Made by a program: the position numbers and the translations under genes. This document shows, one piece after another, positions 39,578 through 49,400 of a stretch of 64,000 nucleotides of DNA. How positions within the stretch are numbered: position 1 is the first letter of the stretch; every line of letters begins with the position of its first letter. This DNA is from Candidatus Eiseniibacteriota bacterium (GTDB lineage: Bacteria > Eisenbacteria > RBG-16-71-46). The notes below the pieces were generated by a model. That model had not been told where the DNA came from. It was given only the letters and a program-made list of their open reading frames with translations, and searched no databases. The stretch is taken from assembly GCA_041483195.1 (NCBI GenBank), contig JBGPFC010000004.1:96001-160000 (forward strand), given 5' to 3'.

Positions 39578-39595
39578 GTCTACTACTCGTTAGGC
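39578..39595 (+). other. Putative attI recombination site
   Basis: GTCTACTACTC-GTTAGGC. The core plus flank GTTAGGCGGCT is the exact reverse complement of AGCCGCCTAAC, which opens attC1. Confidence 0.7.
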
Positions 39596-39631
39596 GGCTG
39601 CTGTTATGTCCCGACGGAGTGGAGGCAAGAC

Positions 39632-40069
39632 GTGAGGGCTTCTCTGTTTTATCGAATCGCGGCTGTTCTTCTGCTGTTCTTTGCGGTCGGCCATACACTT
39701 GGTTTTCGCCAGTCCGATCCCACATGGGGAGTTGATACGCTTCTTAGCTCAATGCGGTCAATTCACTTTGACGTACAGGGGTTCAGCCGGACATATTGGG
39801 ATCTCTTTGTCGCGGCTGGATTTTCGGTCGGCGTGTTCTATCTATTCGCGGCGGTATTGGCATGGCAGCTAGGCAGCCTTCCGACAGAGGCTTTGGCGGC
39901 CATGCGCGTCACTGTGTGGGCTCTCGCTCTTTGCTTTGCCGCCATCACCATTGTGAGCTGGAGATACCTCTTTGTCCTCCCTATCGTGTCTTCAGTCGTG
40001 ATTACAGTGTGTTTGACTGCGGCGGCATGGCTTTCAGCGAGGCCAATTCGTGGTTCCTCGGGAGCCTGA
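39632..40069 (+). CDS. Cassette 1: small multi-TM membrane protein of unknown function
   Basis: 145 aa with about four hydrophobic segments; GGAGG Shine-Dalgarno; lies between attI and attC1; low GC. Confidence 0.8.
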   Translation: MRASLFYRIAAVLLLFFAVGHTLGFRQSDPTWGVDTLLSSMRSIHFDVQGFSRTYWDLFVAAGFSVGVFYLFAAVLAWQLGSLPTEALAAMRVTVWALALCFAAITIVSWRYLFVLPIVSSVVITVCLTAAAWLSARPIRGSSGA

Positions 40070-40147
40070 TTGTCGTCGGACCTCTCCTTGTCGTCGAGGC
40101 TGCCTCGCAGGCATGGTGAATTTAATGGTGACCACAAGAACCGAGCC

Positions 40148-40207
40148 GCCTAACAACGCGCTGCAGCGGACTCGCTACGCTCGCCGCTGAGCTTGATATC
40201 GTTATCC
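40148..40207 (+). repeat. attC site 1 (60 nt)
   Basis: R'' GCCTAAC, L'' GCTGCAGC, L' GCTGAGC (one extra base in L'') and R' GTTATCC. Confidence 0.9.
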
Positions 40208-40223
40208 CGCAGGAGGAACCCAC

Positions 40224-40562
40224 ATGTACCAGATGAAGCTCGACACGTCCGCCCTACCCTGGTCGCCGACTGGCTGGCCCGGCGTCTCAATGAAGATGCT
40301 CCAGCAGGTCGAGTCGACCGGCGGCATGACGGGGATGATGCGAATGGAGGCCGGGAGTTCGATTCCGGCACACAGCCACACAAACGCCGACCAGATGGTC
40401 TTCGTGATCGAAGGGGACCTCGTCGAAGACGGCGTGAGTTACGGGCCCGGCAGCTTCTTCGTCGCCAAGGCGGGCTCCCCGCACGGCCCGCACGGCTCGT
40501 CGGGCGGCTGCGTCCTGCTGTCCTGGTATTCCGGCCCGCCGGACTTCGTTCCCGTCGGGTAG
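40224..40562 (+). CDS. Cassette 2: cupin-domain protein (ChrR-like)
   Basis: IPAHSH, FVIEG.L and GSPHGP motifs; AGGAGG Shine-Dalgarno. Confidence 0.85.
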   Translation: MYQMKLDTSALPWSPTGWPGVSMKMLQQVESTGGMTGMMRMEAGSSIPAHSHTNADQMVFVIEGDLVEDGVSYGPGSFFVAKAGSPHGPHGSSGGCVLLSWYSGPPDFVPVG

Positions 40563-40576
40563 GCGGCTGGGCTGCG

Positions 40577-40678
40577 GCATAACCAGCCAATGCAGTGGAC
40601 CGAGCCGGCGGGTAAGCTTCCTGTGGTTCGAGAGCCTGCGAGGTGCCGGCTCGGCCACTGATCGGCATTACGTTAGGC
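40577..40678 (+). repeat. attC site 2 (102 nt)
   Basis: R'' GCATAAC, L'' AATGCAGT, stem CCGAGCCGGC/GCCGGCTCGG, L' ACTGATC and R' GTTAGGC. Confidence 0.88.
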
Positions 40679-40691
40679 ACCTGGAGGAGCG

Positions 40692-41261
40692 ATGATTCTC
40701 TCTACCGCACTGACAGTCACAGTCATATTCTTCCCGGTCTCGGAGATTGCGCTGGCTATGCTCAAGCGTGCGACGCCGGCGGACTCGGATGTCGAAGATC
40801 GAGGCTCGATGCGTTTGCTGTGGGTGGCCATCGCGTGCGGCGTTGGTTCGGCGATCGCAGCTCAGTCATTGCGCCTGGCTCCTCTTCCCGGCCCGTTACG
40901 CATCCAACGCCTCGTCGCGCTCCTTCTCATGGTCGGCGGCTTGAGCATCCGGTGGGCAGCAATCCTCACTCTGGGCCGGTTCTTCACGGTCGATATCGCC
41001 ACTCAAGCGCAGCAACCGGTGGTCCAGACTGGAGCTTATCGCTTCGTCCGCCACCCGTCGTATGCCGGTCTCCTGCTGAGCTTCGTGGGGCTTGGTGTCT
41101 ATTTTGCTAACTGGCTCAGTCTCCTCATGCTCTTGGTTCCGATCACCGCGGCGGTGGTGAATCGCATCGTCAAGGAAGAAAGCGTGCTCCTCGTGACGCT
41201 CGGGACTCCATATGCAGAGTACTGCGCACGAACCAAGCGGCTCATCCCTGGTCTGCTGTAG
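40692..41261 (+). CDS. Cassette 3: isoprenylcysteine carboxyl methyltransferase (ICMT/PEMT) family membrane protein
   Basis: LGRFF, GAYRFVRHPSY.G, RI.KEE..L and Y.EYC..TKRLIP motifs. Confidence 0.88.
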   Translation: MILSTALTVTVIFFPVSEIALAMLKRATPADSDVEDRGSMRLLWVAIACGVGSAIAAQSLRLAPLPGPLRIQRLVALLLMVGGLSIRWAAILTLGRFFTVDIATQAQQPVVQTGAYRFVRHPSYAGLLLSFVGLGVYFANWLSLLMLLVPITAAVVNRIVKEESVLLVTLGTPYAEYCARTKRLIPGLL

Positions 41262-41278
41262 CGCCCACGAGGCCAGGT

Positions 41279-41371
41279 GCCTGACCACCCGCTGCAGCCG
41301 GCGACGGGCGGCAGGTGCTGGGTAGTGTTAGCGGGGACATCGCCCGTCGCGGCTGAGCCGGAGCGTTACGC
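41279..41371 (+). repeat. attC site 3 (93 nt, degenerate R'')
   Basis: R'' GCCTGAC instead of GCCTAAC, L'' GCTGCAGC, stem GCGACGGGCG/CGCCCGTCGC, L' GCTGAGC and R' GTTACGC. Confidence 0.82.
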
Positions 41372-41390
41372 GGGCAGGAAAGACGGGGTC

Positions 41391-41735
41391 ATGGCGTTCG
41401 CCGAACTGGAGCTCGGGCGAGTTAACCGAGTGGTCGGGGAGTTTTGCCGGCGGAAGTCTCCGCAGAAGCTCCATGATCGGGTCAGGATCGAGTTTCGCGT
41501 GGAGGGACACGAAGTCCTGATCTACGAGACCCGGCCGGCGTTCCGTGATCCATCCCACTGGGTTGAGCAGGGTGTTGCGAAGCTGCGATTTGTACGCACG
41601 GCCGGCGAGTGGCGCTTGTTCTGGCAACGTGCGAGCTTGAGGTGGCAGAGCTACGAACCGCTGGCGTCGAGCCGCGACATCGAGATCCTGCTCGTCGAGA
41701 TCGACCGTGATCCCCACGGCTGTTTCTTTGGTTGA
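41391..41735 (+). CDS. Cassette 4: DUF3024-like protein
   Basis: IYETRP, VAKLRF, W.LFW.RA.LRW..Y and terminal EIDRDPHGCFFG. Start at ATG 41391 after attC3. Confidence 0.8.
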   Translation: MAFAELELGRVNRVVGEFCRRKSPQKLHDRVRIEFRVEGHEVLIYETRPAFRDPSHWVEQGVAKLRFVRTAGEWRLFWQRASLRWQSYEPLASSRDIEILLVEIDRDPHGCFFG

Positions 41736-42041
41736 TCGCAAGCCTACTTCACGCTGGAGCGTCCGAGCGTCGCGCGCCGCACACCGTGAGCGCCACGCCG
41801 CGTCTCGCGGGCTCGCCTCTCCCGGGAGAGGACCCCCCGCTCGCTGGGGAACAATCCGATGAAACTGGACTCAAGATCCGATGCCCAGCGCCGGAGCACT
41901 CGGGCCCGCTCTAAGCGAGCGGCCGGCCCGATTTGCCACGCCACCCCCCGGACCCCTACTCTGCACGCGGTTCATCCTCTTTCGCGCCATTCCAACATCC
42001 GGCGATCGCACCAGCGTGCGGCGCCACCCCTGGAGGTTTCT

Positions 42042-43370
42042 CTGCCTTTCACAGCACTTGGCCTGCCCGCCTCGATCGTGCGCGGGGTGCGCGCCGCCGG
42101 CTACACCGAGCCCATGCCCATTCAAAGTCGCGCGATCCCCATCATTCTCGAAGGCAAGGACCTGATCGGCGCGGCGCAGACCGGCACCGGCAAGACCGCG
42201 GCGTTCATCCTCCCGATGCTCGCGCGCCTGCTCGATGGCGTTCGCGCGCTGCGCGCGCTGGTGCTCACGCCCACGCGTGAGCTCGCGGCCCAGGTCGAAA
42301 CCAACGCGCGCGACTACGCGCGCTTCACCCAGCTCAAGGTGGGCGTCGTATACGGCGGCGTGCCGATCCCGCCGCAGGAGCGGATGCTGCGCAATCAGGG
42401 CGTCGATCTGCTGGTCGCGACCCCGGGCCGCCTGCTCGATCTCCACGGCCGCCAGTCGCTGAGCCTCGAGGAGGTCGAGATCCTGGTGCTCGACGAGGCC
42501 GATCGCATGGTGGACATGGGCTTCGCGCCCGATCTCAAGCGCATCCTCAATCTGCTGCCCGCGCACCGCCAGACCCTGATGTTCTCGGCGACCATGCCGC
42601 CCGAGCTCAATCGCGTCGCGAAGGAGGCGATGCGCGATCCGGTGCGCGTGGACCTCGCGCCGCCGAGCCGCCCGGCGGCCGGCATCACGCAGGCGATCTA
42701 CCCGGTGCCCCGCCACCTCAAGACCGACCTCCTCGACCAGATGATGGGGGGCACGGAGGTGACGAGCGTCATCGTTTTCACCCGCACCAAGCATGGCGCG
42801 GACCGCCTCGCGCGCCAGTTGTCCCGGCGCGGTCACAGCGTGGCCGCACTCCACGGCAACCGCAGCCAGAGCCAGCGCGAGCGCGCGCTCTCCGATCTCA
42901 AGCGCGGCCGGGTGCAGGTGCTGGTCGCGACCGACATCGCATCGCGCGGGATCGACGTCAAGGACATCTCGCACATCGTGAACTTCGACGTGCCGCACAC
43001 GCCCGAAGACTACGTGCACCGCATCGGCCGCACCGGTCGCGTGGATGCGACCGGCGACGCATTCACGCTGATGAGCCCCGAGGAGCAGAAGGACGTGACG
43101 GCGATCGAGCGCTTCCTGGGCAAGTCGATCCCGCGCGTGACGCTGCCCGACTTCGACTACAGGAAACGCGCGACCGAGGAGCCGCGCGGACACGGCGACG
43201 AGTCCCGCTTCGAGCGGGGCGGACGCGGCGGACGCGGGCGGCATGGTGAGCGCGGCGGGTCCGGGCAGGGGGCGCCGCGCGCGGCCGCGGCCGCGCCGTC
43301 CGAGCCAGCGCACGGCCGCAGCCTGCGCCGCGCGCGGCCCACCGACCGCCGCGGCCGCGGCAAGATGTGA
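42042..43370 (+). CDS. rhlE: DEAD-box ATP-dependent RNA helicase (RhlE-like)
   Basis: Q-motif, AQTGTGKT, PTRELA, TPGRL, DEAD, SAT, SRGID, HRIGRTGR and an RG-rich tail. Probable CTG start at 42042 after GGAGG. Confidence 0.9.
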   Translation: MPFTALGLPASIVRGVRAAGYTEPMPIQSRAIPIILEGKDLIGAAQTGTGKTAAFILPMLARLLDGVRALRALVLTPTRELAAQVETNARDYARFTQLKVGVVYGGVPIPPQERMLRNQGVDLLVATPGRLLDLHGRQSLSLEEVEILVLDEADRMVDMGFAPDLKRILNLLPAHRQTLMFSATMPPELNRVAKEAMRDPVRVDLAPPSRPAAGITQAIYPVPRHLKTDLLDQMMGGTEVTSVIVFTRTKHGADRLARQLSRRGHSVAALHGNRSQSQRERALSDLKRGRVQVLVATDIASRGIDVKDISHIVNFDVPHTPEDYVHRIGRTGRVDATGDAFTLMSPEEQKDVTAIERFLGKSIPRVTLPDFDYRKRATEEPRGHGDESRFERGGRGGRGRHGERGGSGQGAPRAAAAAPSEPAHGRSLRRARPTDRRGRGKM

Positions 43371-46300
43371 TCAGGCCGCTCTCGGCCCCGTCCTCCACAC
43401 CCGCCCCACCAGCTTCGATCCGTCCTCGAGCAGCGTGTAGAGGCATGGCACCAGGATCAGCGTGAGCACCGTCGCCGCCAGCAGGCCGCCGATCACGGTG
43501 CGCGCGAGCGGGAAGTAGAGCACGTCGCCAACGTGCTCGCTCCCGAACGCGAGCGGGATCAGCCCCAGCGTCGTGGTGAGCGTGGTCATCAGGATCGGCC
43601 GCAGCCGGTCGTGGGCTGCGTCCATGATCGCGCGCGCGCGCTCCACCCCACGCTCGCGCAGCTGGTGCACGTGGTGAATGAGCACGATGCCGTTGTTCAC
43701 GACGATCCCGACCAGGATCAGCAGGCCGATCTGCGCCATCAGGTTGAACGGTGATCCGGTCAGTACGCAGATCCACGCGATCCCCACGAACGCGAACGGC
43801 AGCGCGAACATGATGGCGAACGGGTGTAGCAGCGACTCGAACAGGCTCGCCATCACCAGATAGACCAGCATCAGCGCCAGCACCAGATTGATGAGCATCT
43901 CCTTCTGGGTCTGGTCCTCCTCCTCGAATCCGTTCCCGAACGACCACGAGTACCCGCTCGGGAAGCTCATCGCTCCCATCTCGCGGGTCAGGCTCTTGCG
44001 CACCTCCCCGGCCTTCTTGGGATCGCAGGTGGCGTTCAGCTCGAGCACCGATCTCCGCTGCTGGCGCTCGATGGTCTGCGGCGTCGCGACCACGTGAAAA
44101 TCGGCGACCACCGAGAGCGGGACCGCCTCGCCGTGCGCGCCGGTGAGCCGCAATTCCTGGAGCTTCGCGAGGCTCGCGCGATCGTCTGCGGCGAGCCGCG
44201 CCTGCACCTGCACCTCGCCCTCCGGCCCCCGGAAGCGCGCGAGCGGCCGGCCGCGGAAGAACAGCGAGACCGCACCCGCAATGTCCGCGGTGTTCAGCCC
44301 GTAGCGCGCGGCGCGATCCCGGTCGACGTGGAGTTCGAGCTCCTGCGCGCCCTTGTCGTTTCCGATGTGCACGTCGTCGAGACCGGGCACCAGCGCCATC
44401 CGCCGCGACATCTCGCCCGCCAGCTCGTCGAGCCGCGGACCGGGCTCGCCGAACAGTCGAAGGGTGAGCTGCGATGGGCCGCTTCCGTTCTCGCGGTCGT
44501 CGAACTTGACCTTCACCCCCGCCAGCGGCGGCAGCTGCGCGCGCAGCTTCTTGCGCAGCGCGTTCGCCCCCTCGTCGTCGGTGTAGCCGGAGGCCAGATA
44601 CGCGCGCGTGAAGGCCAGGTTGTGGGTGAAGTACGAATACGTGGACCGCACGTGCAGCGAGTCCTTCCGCCCCTGGATCCAGCTCTCGAGCTTCGAGACC
44701 ACGCGCTCGACCTCGCGGTAGTTGAGATTGTCCGCGAACTCGTACTCCATGCGCACCGCCTCGATCTTGCTGGCGGTGAACGCGCTCTTGTCGACGCGTC
44801 CGAATGCGACCGCCGCGGTGGCGACCACCAGCAGCGCGAGGCCCACCGTGGCCGGCCGGTGTGAGAGCGTCCAGCGCAGCGCCCGCAGGTAGCGCTCGGT
44901 GATCCAGGTGATGACCCCCAGCTGGCGGACCGGCATCGAGGGCAGCAGGCGGCCCATCGCGAGCGGGATCGCGGTGAGCGACAGGAACAGCGAGCAGCAG
45001 AGCGTGAAGATGATGGTGCGTCCCACCTCGCCGATCCAGGTGGTGATCTCGGTGCGCCCGCCCAGCACCAGCGGCAGGAACACGATGATCGACGTGGCGG
45101 TCGATGACACGACCGCCGGGAGCACCTCGCGCGAGCCGACCAGCGCCGCGCGCAGCGGCCCAGCCCCGCGCTGCCGGTGGCGGTAGATGCTCTCGAGCAC
45201 CACCACCGCGTTGTCCACCAGCATGCCGACCGCGAGCATCAGGCCCATCATGGACAGGATGTTGAGCGTGCGGCCCGTGAAGCGCAGCAGCGCGGCCGCC
45301 GCGAGCAGCGAGAACGGGATCGCGAGCCCCACCACCAGCGTCGTCACCCAGCTGCGCAGGAACAGGAACAGCACGATGATCGCGAGCGTGCCTCCGATCA
45401 GGCCGGCGCGCAGCAGGCCGGTCAGCGAGTTCTCGATCTCCTCGGCCTGATCGGTGAACACCAGCACCCGCACCCCCTGAAGCTGCGGATCGCGCCCGAT
45501 CGACTCGAGCACGCTGCGCGCGCGGCGCGCCACCTGCACCGTGTTCGCGCCCGACTCCTTGATGACGTTGAGACCGATCGCGCGCGACTGGTCGAGGTGC
45601 CGCCCGTAGTCGAGCTCGGGTTCCGCGTAGCCGACGGTCGCGACATCCGTGAGCCGGAGCCCGCGCTCGGTGAGCGGGAAGTTCTTGATCTCGTCCAGGC
45701 TCGCGAACTGGTTGACCACGCGCAGCGGCCACGACTCGTCGCCCGGATGGATCTGTCCAGCGCTCATGCTGTGGCTGGCGGCATCGAGCCGGTCGAGCAG
45801 CGTGCGCGTGTCGATCCCGTGGCGCTCGAGGTCGGCGAGATGGAAGTCGATCTGCACCTGGGGCGGCTCGATGCCGTAGAGCTCCACCTTCGCCACCCCG
45901 GGCACGCGGCGCAGCGGGTCGGCGATGTGCCGGTTGAGCAGCTCGTAGTCGCGCGAGAGGTCGCGGGAGGCGGAAACCCGGCACTCGAGCACCGGGATGT
46001 CGCTCGAGCGCTGGCTGTTGACCTGGATCACGTCGACATCGGCCGGGAGCTGGTCGCGGATGCGGTCGAGCTTCTCGCGCGCCTCGGTCCGCAGCGGCCC
46101 GATGTCCTCGCCCCAGTCGAACTGGATGTAGATGTTCGACTCGTTGGCGGACGACGACGACTGGATCCGCCGCACCTTGGAGAGGGTCGAGAGCGCCTCC
46201 TCGGCGGGGCGCGTGATCTCCTCCTCGACCTGCGCCGGCAGCGAGTTGGGGTAGGGAATGCTGATCTCGATCCCCGGGAACTCGACGTCGGGCAGGAAGG

Positions 46301-46403
46301 CGAGCGGCAGCTTGGGCGCCGCCAGCGCGCCCAGCACGACGATGCAGAGCAGCACCATGCCCGCGGTGATCGGGTGACGCAGGCTCCAGCGCGACAGGTT
46401 CAT
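43371..46403 (-). CDS. RND efflux permease (second subunit)
   Basis: GMLVDNAVVVLE, GIVVNNGIVL and RLRPILMT; 1010 aa. Confidence 0.93.
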   Translation of the reverse strand: MNLSRWSLRHPITAGMVLLCIVVLGALAAPKLPLAFLPDVEFPGIEISIPYPNSLPAQVEEEITRPAEEALSTLSKVRRIQSSSSANESNIYIQFDWGEDIGPLRTEAREKLDRIRDQLPADVDVIQVNSQRSSDIPVLECRVSASRDLSRDYELLNRHIADPLRRVPGVAKVELYGIEPPQVQIDFHLADLERHGIDTRTLLDRLDAASHSMSAGQIHPGDESWPLRVVNQFASLDEIKNFPLTERGLRLTDVATVGYAEPELDYGRHLDQSRAIGLNVIKESGANTVQVARRARSVLESIGRDPQLQGVRVLVFTDQAEEIENSLTGLLRAGLIGGTLAIIVLFLFLRSWVTTLVVGLAIPFSLLAAAALLRFTGRTLNILSMMGLMLAVGMLVDNAVVVLESIYRHRQRGAGPLRAALVGSREVLPAVVSSTATSIIVFLPLVLGGRTEITTWIGEVGRTIIFTLCCSLFLSLTAIPLAMGRLLPSMPVRQLGVITWITERYLRALRWTLSHRPATVGLALLVVATAAVAFGRVDKSAFTASKIEAVRMEYEFADNLNYREVERVVSKLESWIQGRKDSLHVRSTYSYFTHNLAFTRAYLASGYTDDEGANALRKKLRAQLPPLAGVKVKFDDRENGSGPSQLTLRLFGEPGPRLDELAGEMSRRMALVPGLDDVHIGNDKGAQELELHVDRDRAARYGLNTADIAGAVSLFFRGRPLARFRGPEGEVQVQARLAADDRASLAKLQELRLTGAHGEAVPLSVVADFHVVATPQTIERQQRRSVLELNATCDPKKAGEVRKSLTREMGAMSFPSGYSWSFGNGFEEEDQTQKEMLINLVLALMLVYLVMASLFESLLHPFAIMFALPFAFVGIAWICVLTGSPFNLMAQIGLLILVGIVVNNGIVLIHHVHQLRERGVERARAIMDAAHDRLRPILMTTLTTTLGLIPLAFGSEHVGDVLYFPLARTVIGGLLAATVLTLILVPCLYTLLEDGSKLVGRVWRTGPRAA

Positions 46404-46431
46404 CGCCGGCCCGCCCGTGCGCGCCCGGACA

Positions 46432-49400
46432 TCACGGCCGGCGGTCCAGCGTCGCGTACACCACCGGGATCACGACCAGCGTGAGCAGGGTCGCGAACGA
46501 GAGCCCGCCCATGATCGTCATCGCCAGCGGCGCCCCCACCTCGGAGCCCTCGCCGATCCCGAGCGACATCGGCAGCAGGCCGAGCACGGTGGTGAGCGTG
46601 GTCATGAGGATCGGGCGGAGCCGCACGGTGCCCGCCGTGATCAGCGCCTCGCGCTTCGGGCGTCCCTCCGCCCGCAGGCGGTTCGTGTAGTCCACCATGA
46701 TGATCGCGTTCTTCACGACGATGCCGGAGAGCACCAGCAGCCCGATCAGCACCATCACGCTCACCGCGTTGTGCGTCAGCACCAGCGTGAGCACCACGCC
46801 GATCACGCCCAGCGGGAGCGTGAACATGATGACGAACGGGTGGAGCAGGGACTCGAACTGGCTCGCCATCACCAGGTAGACGAGGAACACCGCCAGCAGC
46901 AGCGCGAAACGGATCGATGCGAAAGAATCACCCAGCTCGCGATTCTGGCCGGCCAGCGTGACGCGCGCCCCGGGCGGGAGCGCGAGCCCGTCGAGCGAGG
47001 CCAGGATGTCGCGAGAGGCCGAGGCCAGGTCGCGGCCCTTGAGATTCGCGGAGACCACGGCGGCGCGCTGCTGCGCGATGCGCCGGATCTCGCCGGGTCC
47101 GCGTTCGACCGACACCAGTGCGACGCTCGCGAGCGGAACCGGCCGGTCCGCGTTGCGCCCGACCTCGAGATTCGCGAGCTGCGCGACCTGCGAGCGCTGG
47201 TCTTCGGTGGCGCGCACCCGCACGTCGAGCTTGCGATCGACGTCGCTGAACTGCGTCGCGGCCTCGCCCTGCACCGCGTTGCGCACCAGGCGCGAAGCCG
47301 AGACCGGATCGAGATGGAGCGCGGCGAGGCGCTCGCGGTCGAACGAGATCCGGACCTCGGGATCGCCGAAGCGCATCGAGGATTCGACGTCTTCCACCCC
47401 GCGGATATCCGCGACCCGGCGCGCCACCTGGGAGGCGAGGGTGCGGAGCGTGTCGAGGTCGTACGCGTAGACCTCGACCTCGACCGGGCTCTTGAAGGTG
47501 AGGAGCTGGGGCCGGCCGAACTCGTAGGAGAGCCCCGGCATCTCGTTCATCGAGGCGCGGAGCCGGGCGGCGATCCCCTCCTCGGCTTCACCCGGGCTTC
47601 CCGGCTTGAGCACCACCGCGAGCTGGCCGCGATTGGGCTCGCGCGACCCGCCCGCGAAATCCGAGAGGTCGGTCTGCCCGGCGGTCGTATATGCGAAGCG
47701 CACGTGGGGATCGTGCTCGATGGTGCGCGCGAGCCGCTCCAGGGTCTCGTCCGTGACATGCAGCGCGGTCCCCTCGGGGAGGCGCAGGTTGAAGTGGAAC
47801 TCGCCCTGCGCGAACGACGGGAACAGATTGCGCGGCAGCAGCAGTCCGGCCGTGACCGCCGCCGCGAGCGCGAGCGTGGCCACCGACAGGACGCGGCGCG
47901 GATGGCCCAGCGCCGAACGCACGATCCGCGGGTAGACGCGCTCGAGCGCGTCGTAGCCGGCCTCGACCGGGTAGAAGAGGCGCCGCACCCAGGGACGGAG
48001 CACGGGGCCGAGCCACCGCGTCGCGCGCACGATCATCCGCGGGACGAACAGCACGGCGAACAGCGTCCACGCGATCACGGCGCTCCAGCGTCCGCGGCGC
48101 TTCGGGGTCTCGACCAGCGTGGCGTCCGGATCGGCGACCGGCACGTCGTGGCGGCCGCCGCCGCCGAGCGCGGCGATGGTGGGCACCACGATCAGGGCCA
48201 CGATCAGCGAGGCCATCAGCGAGAAGGACACGGTGAGCGCCTGGTCGCGGATCAGCTGGCCCGCCACCCCCTCGACGAACACCAGCGGCAGGAACACGAC
48301 CACCGTCGTGAGGGTCGATGCCGTGATCGCCATCGCCACCAGTCCGGTGCCGCGGCTCGCAGCCGAACGCGCGTCGTGACCCTCCTGGCGGAAGCGGAAG
48401 ATGCTCTCGAGCACCACGATCGAGTCGTCCACCAGCATCCCGACGCCGAGGGCGAGCCCGCCCAGCGACATGAGATTGAGCGAGAGCCCCATGCGGTACA
48501 TGGCGATGAAGGTCGCGAACACCGAGAGCGGGATCGAGAGGCTGATGATGACCGTCGATCGCAGGTCGCGGAGGAAGGCGAAGATCACGAGCACCGCGAG
48601 CAGCCCCCCGATCAGGGCGGAGTTCACGACGTCGCGCACCGACTGCTCGATGAAGCGCGACTGGTCCGCCACCGTCAGGAGCGTCATGCCCGCGGGCAGC
48701 GGGATGCGCTTCATCCGCGCCTTCACGGTGCGCGCCACCGCCACGGTGTTGGCGTCGCCTTCCTTGTAGATCGCGATCTCCACCGCCTCGTCGCGGTTCA
48801 CGCGGGTCACCAGCTCGCGCTCCTTCGCGCCGCGGCTCACCGTGGCCACGTCGGCGAGGCGGACCGCGCCATCGGGGCGCGACACGAGCACGATGCCGCC
48901 CATCTCCTCGGGCGTGAGGAACTGATTCGCGACCCGCACCAGGTACTCGGACCGGCCCTCGGTGAGCGAGCCCCCCGCGAGATTGATGTTCTCCTGCCCG
49001 AGCCGGCGCGTGACGTCCGTGAGCGAGAGCCCCGCCGAGGCGAGGCGCTGCGCGTCCACCTCGACGTGGATCTCCTCCTCTTCGCCACCCGCGACCCGCA
49101 CCGCGGCGACCCCGGGCGCGCCTTCGAGGTCGGTCTTCAGCGTGCGCTCGGCGATGCGGCGCAGCCGCTGGAGGTTGCCGCCCCCCGCGAGCCGGTAACG
49201 CAGGATCGGATCGAGCGACGGGTCGAATCTCAGGATGGCGGGACGCTTGGCCTCGCGCGGCAGCGCGACCAGGTCGAGCTTCTCGCGCACGCCCAGCGAT
49301 GCGAGGTCCATTCGCGTGCCCGAGCCGAATTCCATCGTGACCTCGGACTGGCCAGGGTGGGAGACGGAATGCATCCGCACGAGTCCTGGCACCACGCCCA

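Larger units (their letters stand above)
38404..41735 (+). mobile_element. Chromosomal integron: intI, attI and four gene cassettes
   Basis: IntI, three attC sites, short co-oriented ORFs and visibly lower GC in cassettes 1 and 3. Confidence 0.9.

Noticed and set aside
40148..41371. Repeated palindromic elements considered as a CRISPR array or REP elements
   Set aside because: They differ in length and sequence, have R/L box architecture and flank whole ORFs, so they are attC sites. No cas genes or direct-repeat array were seen in the window.
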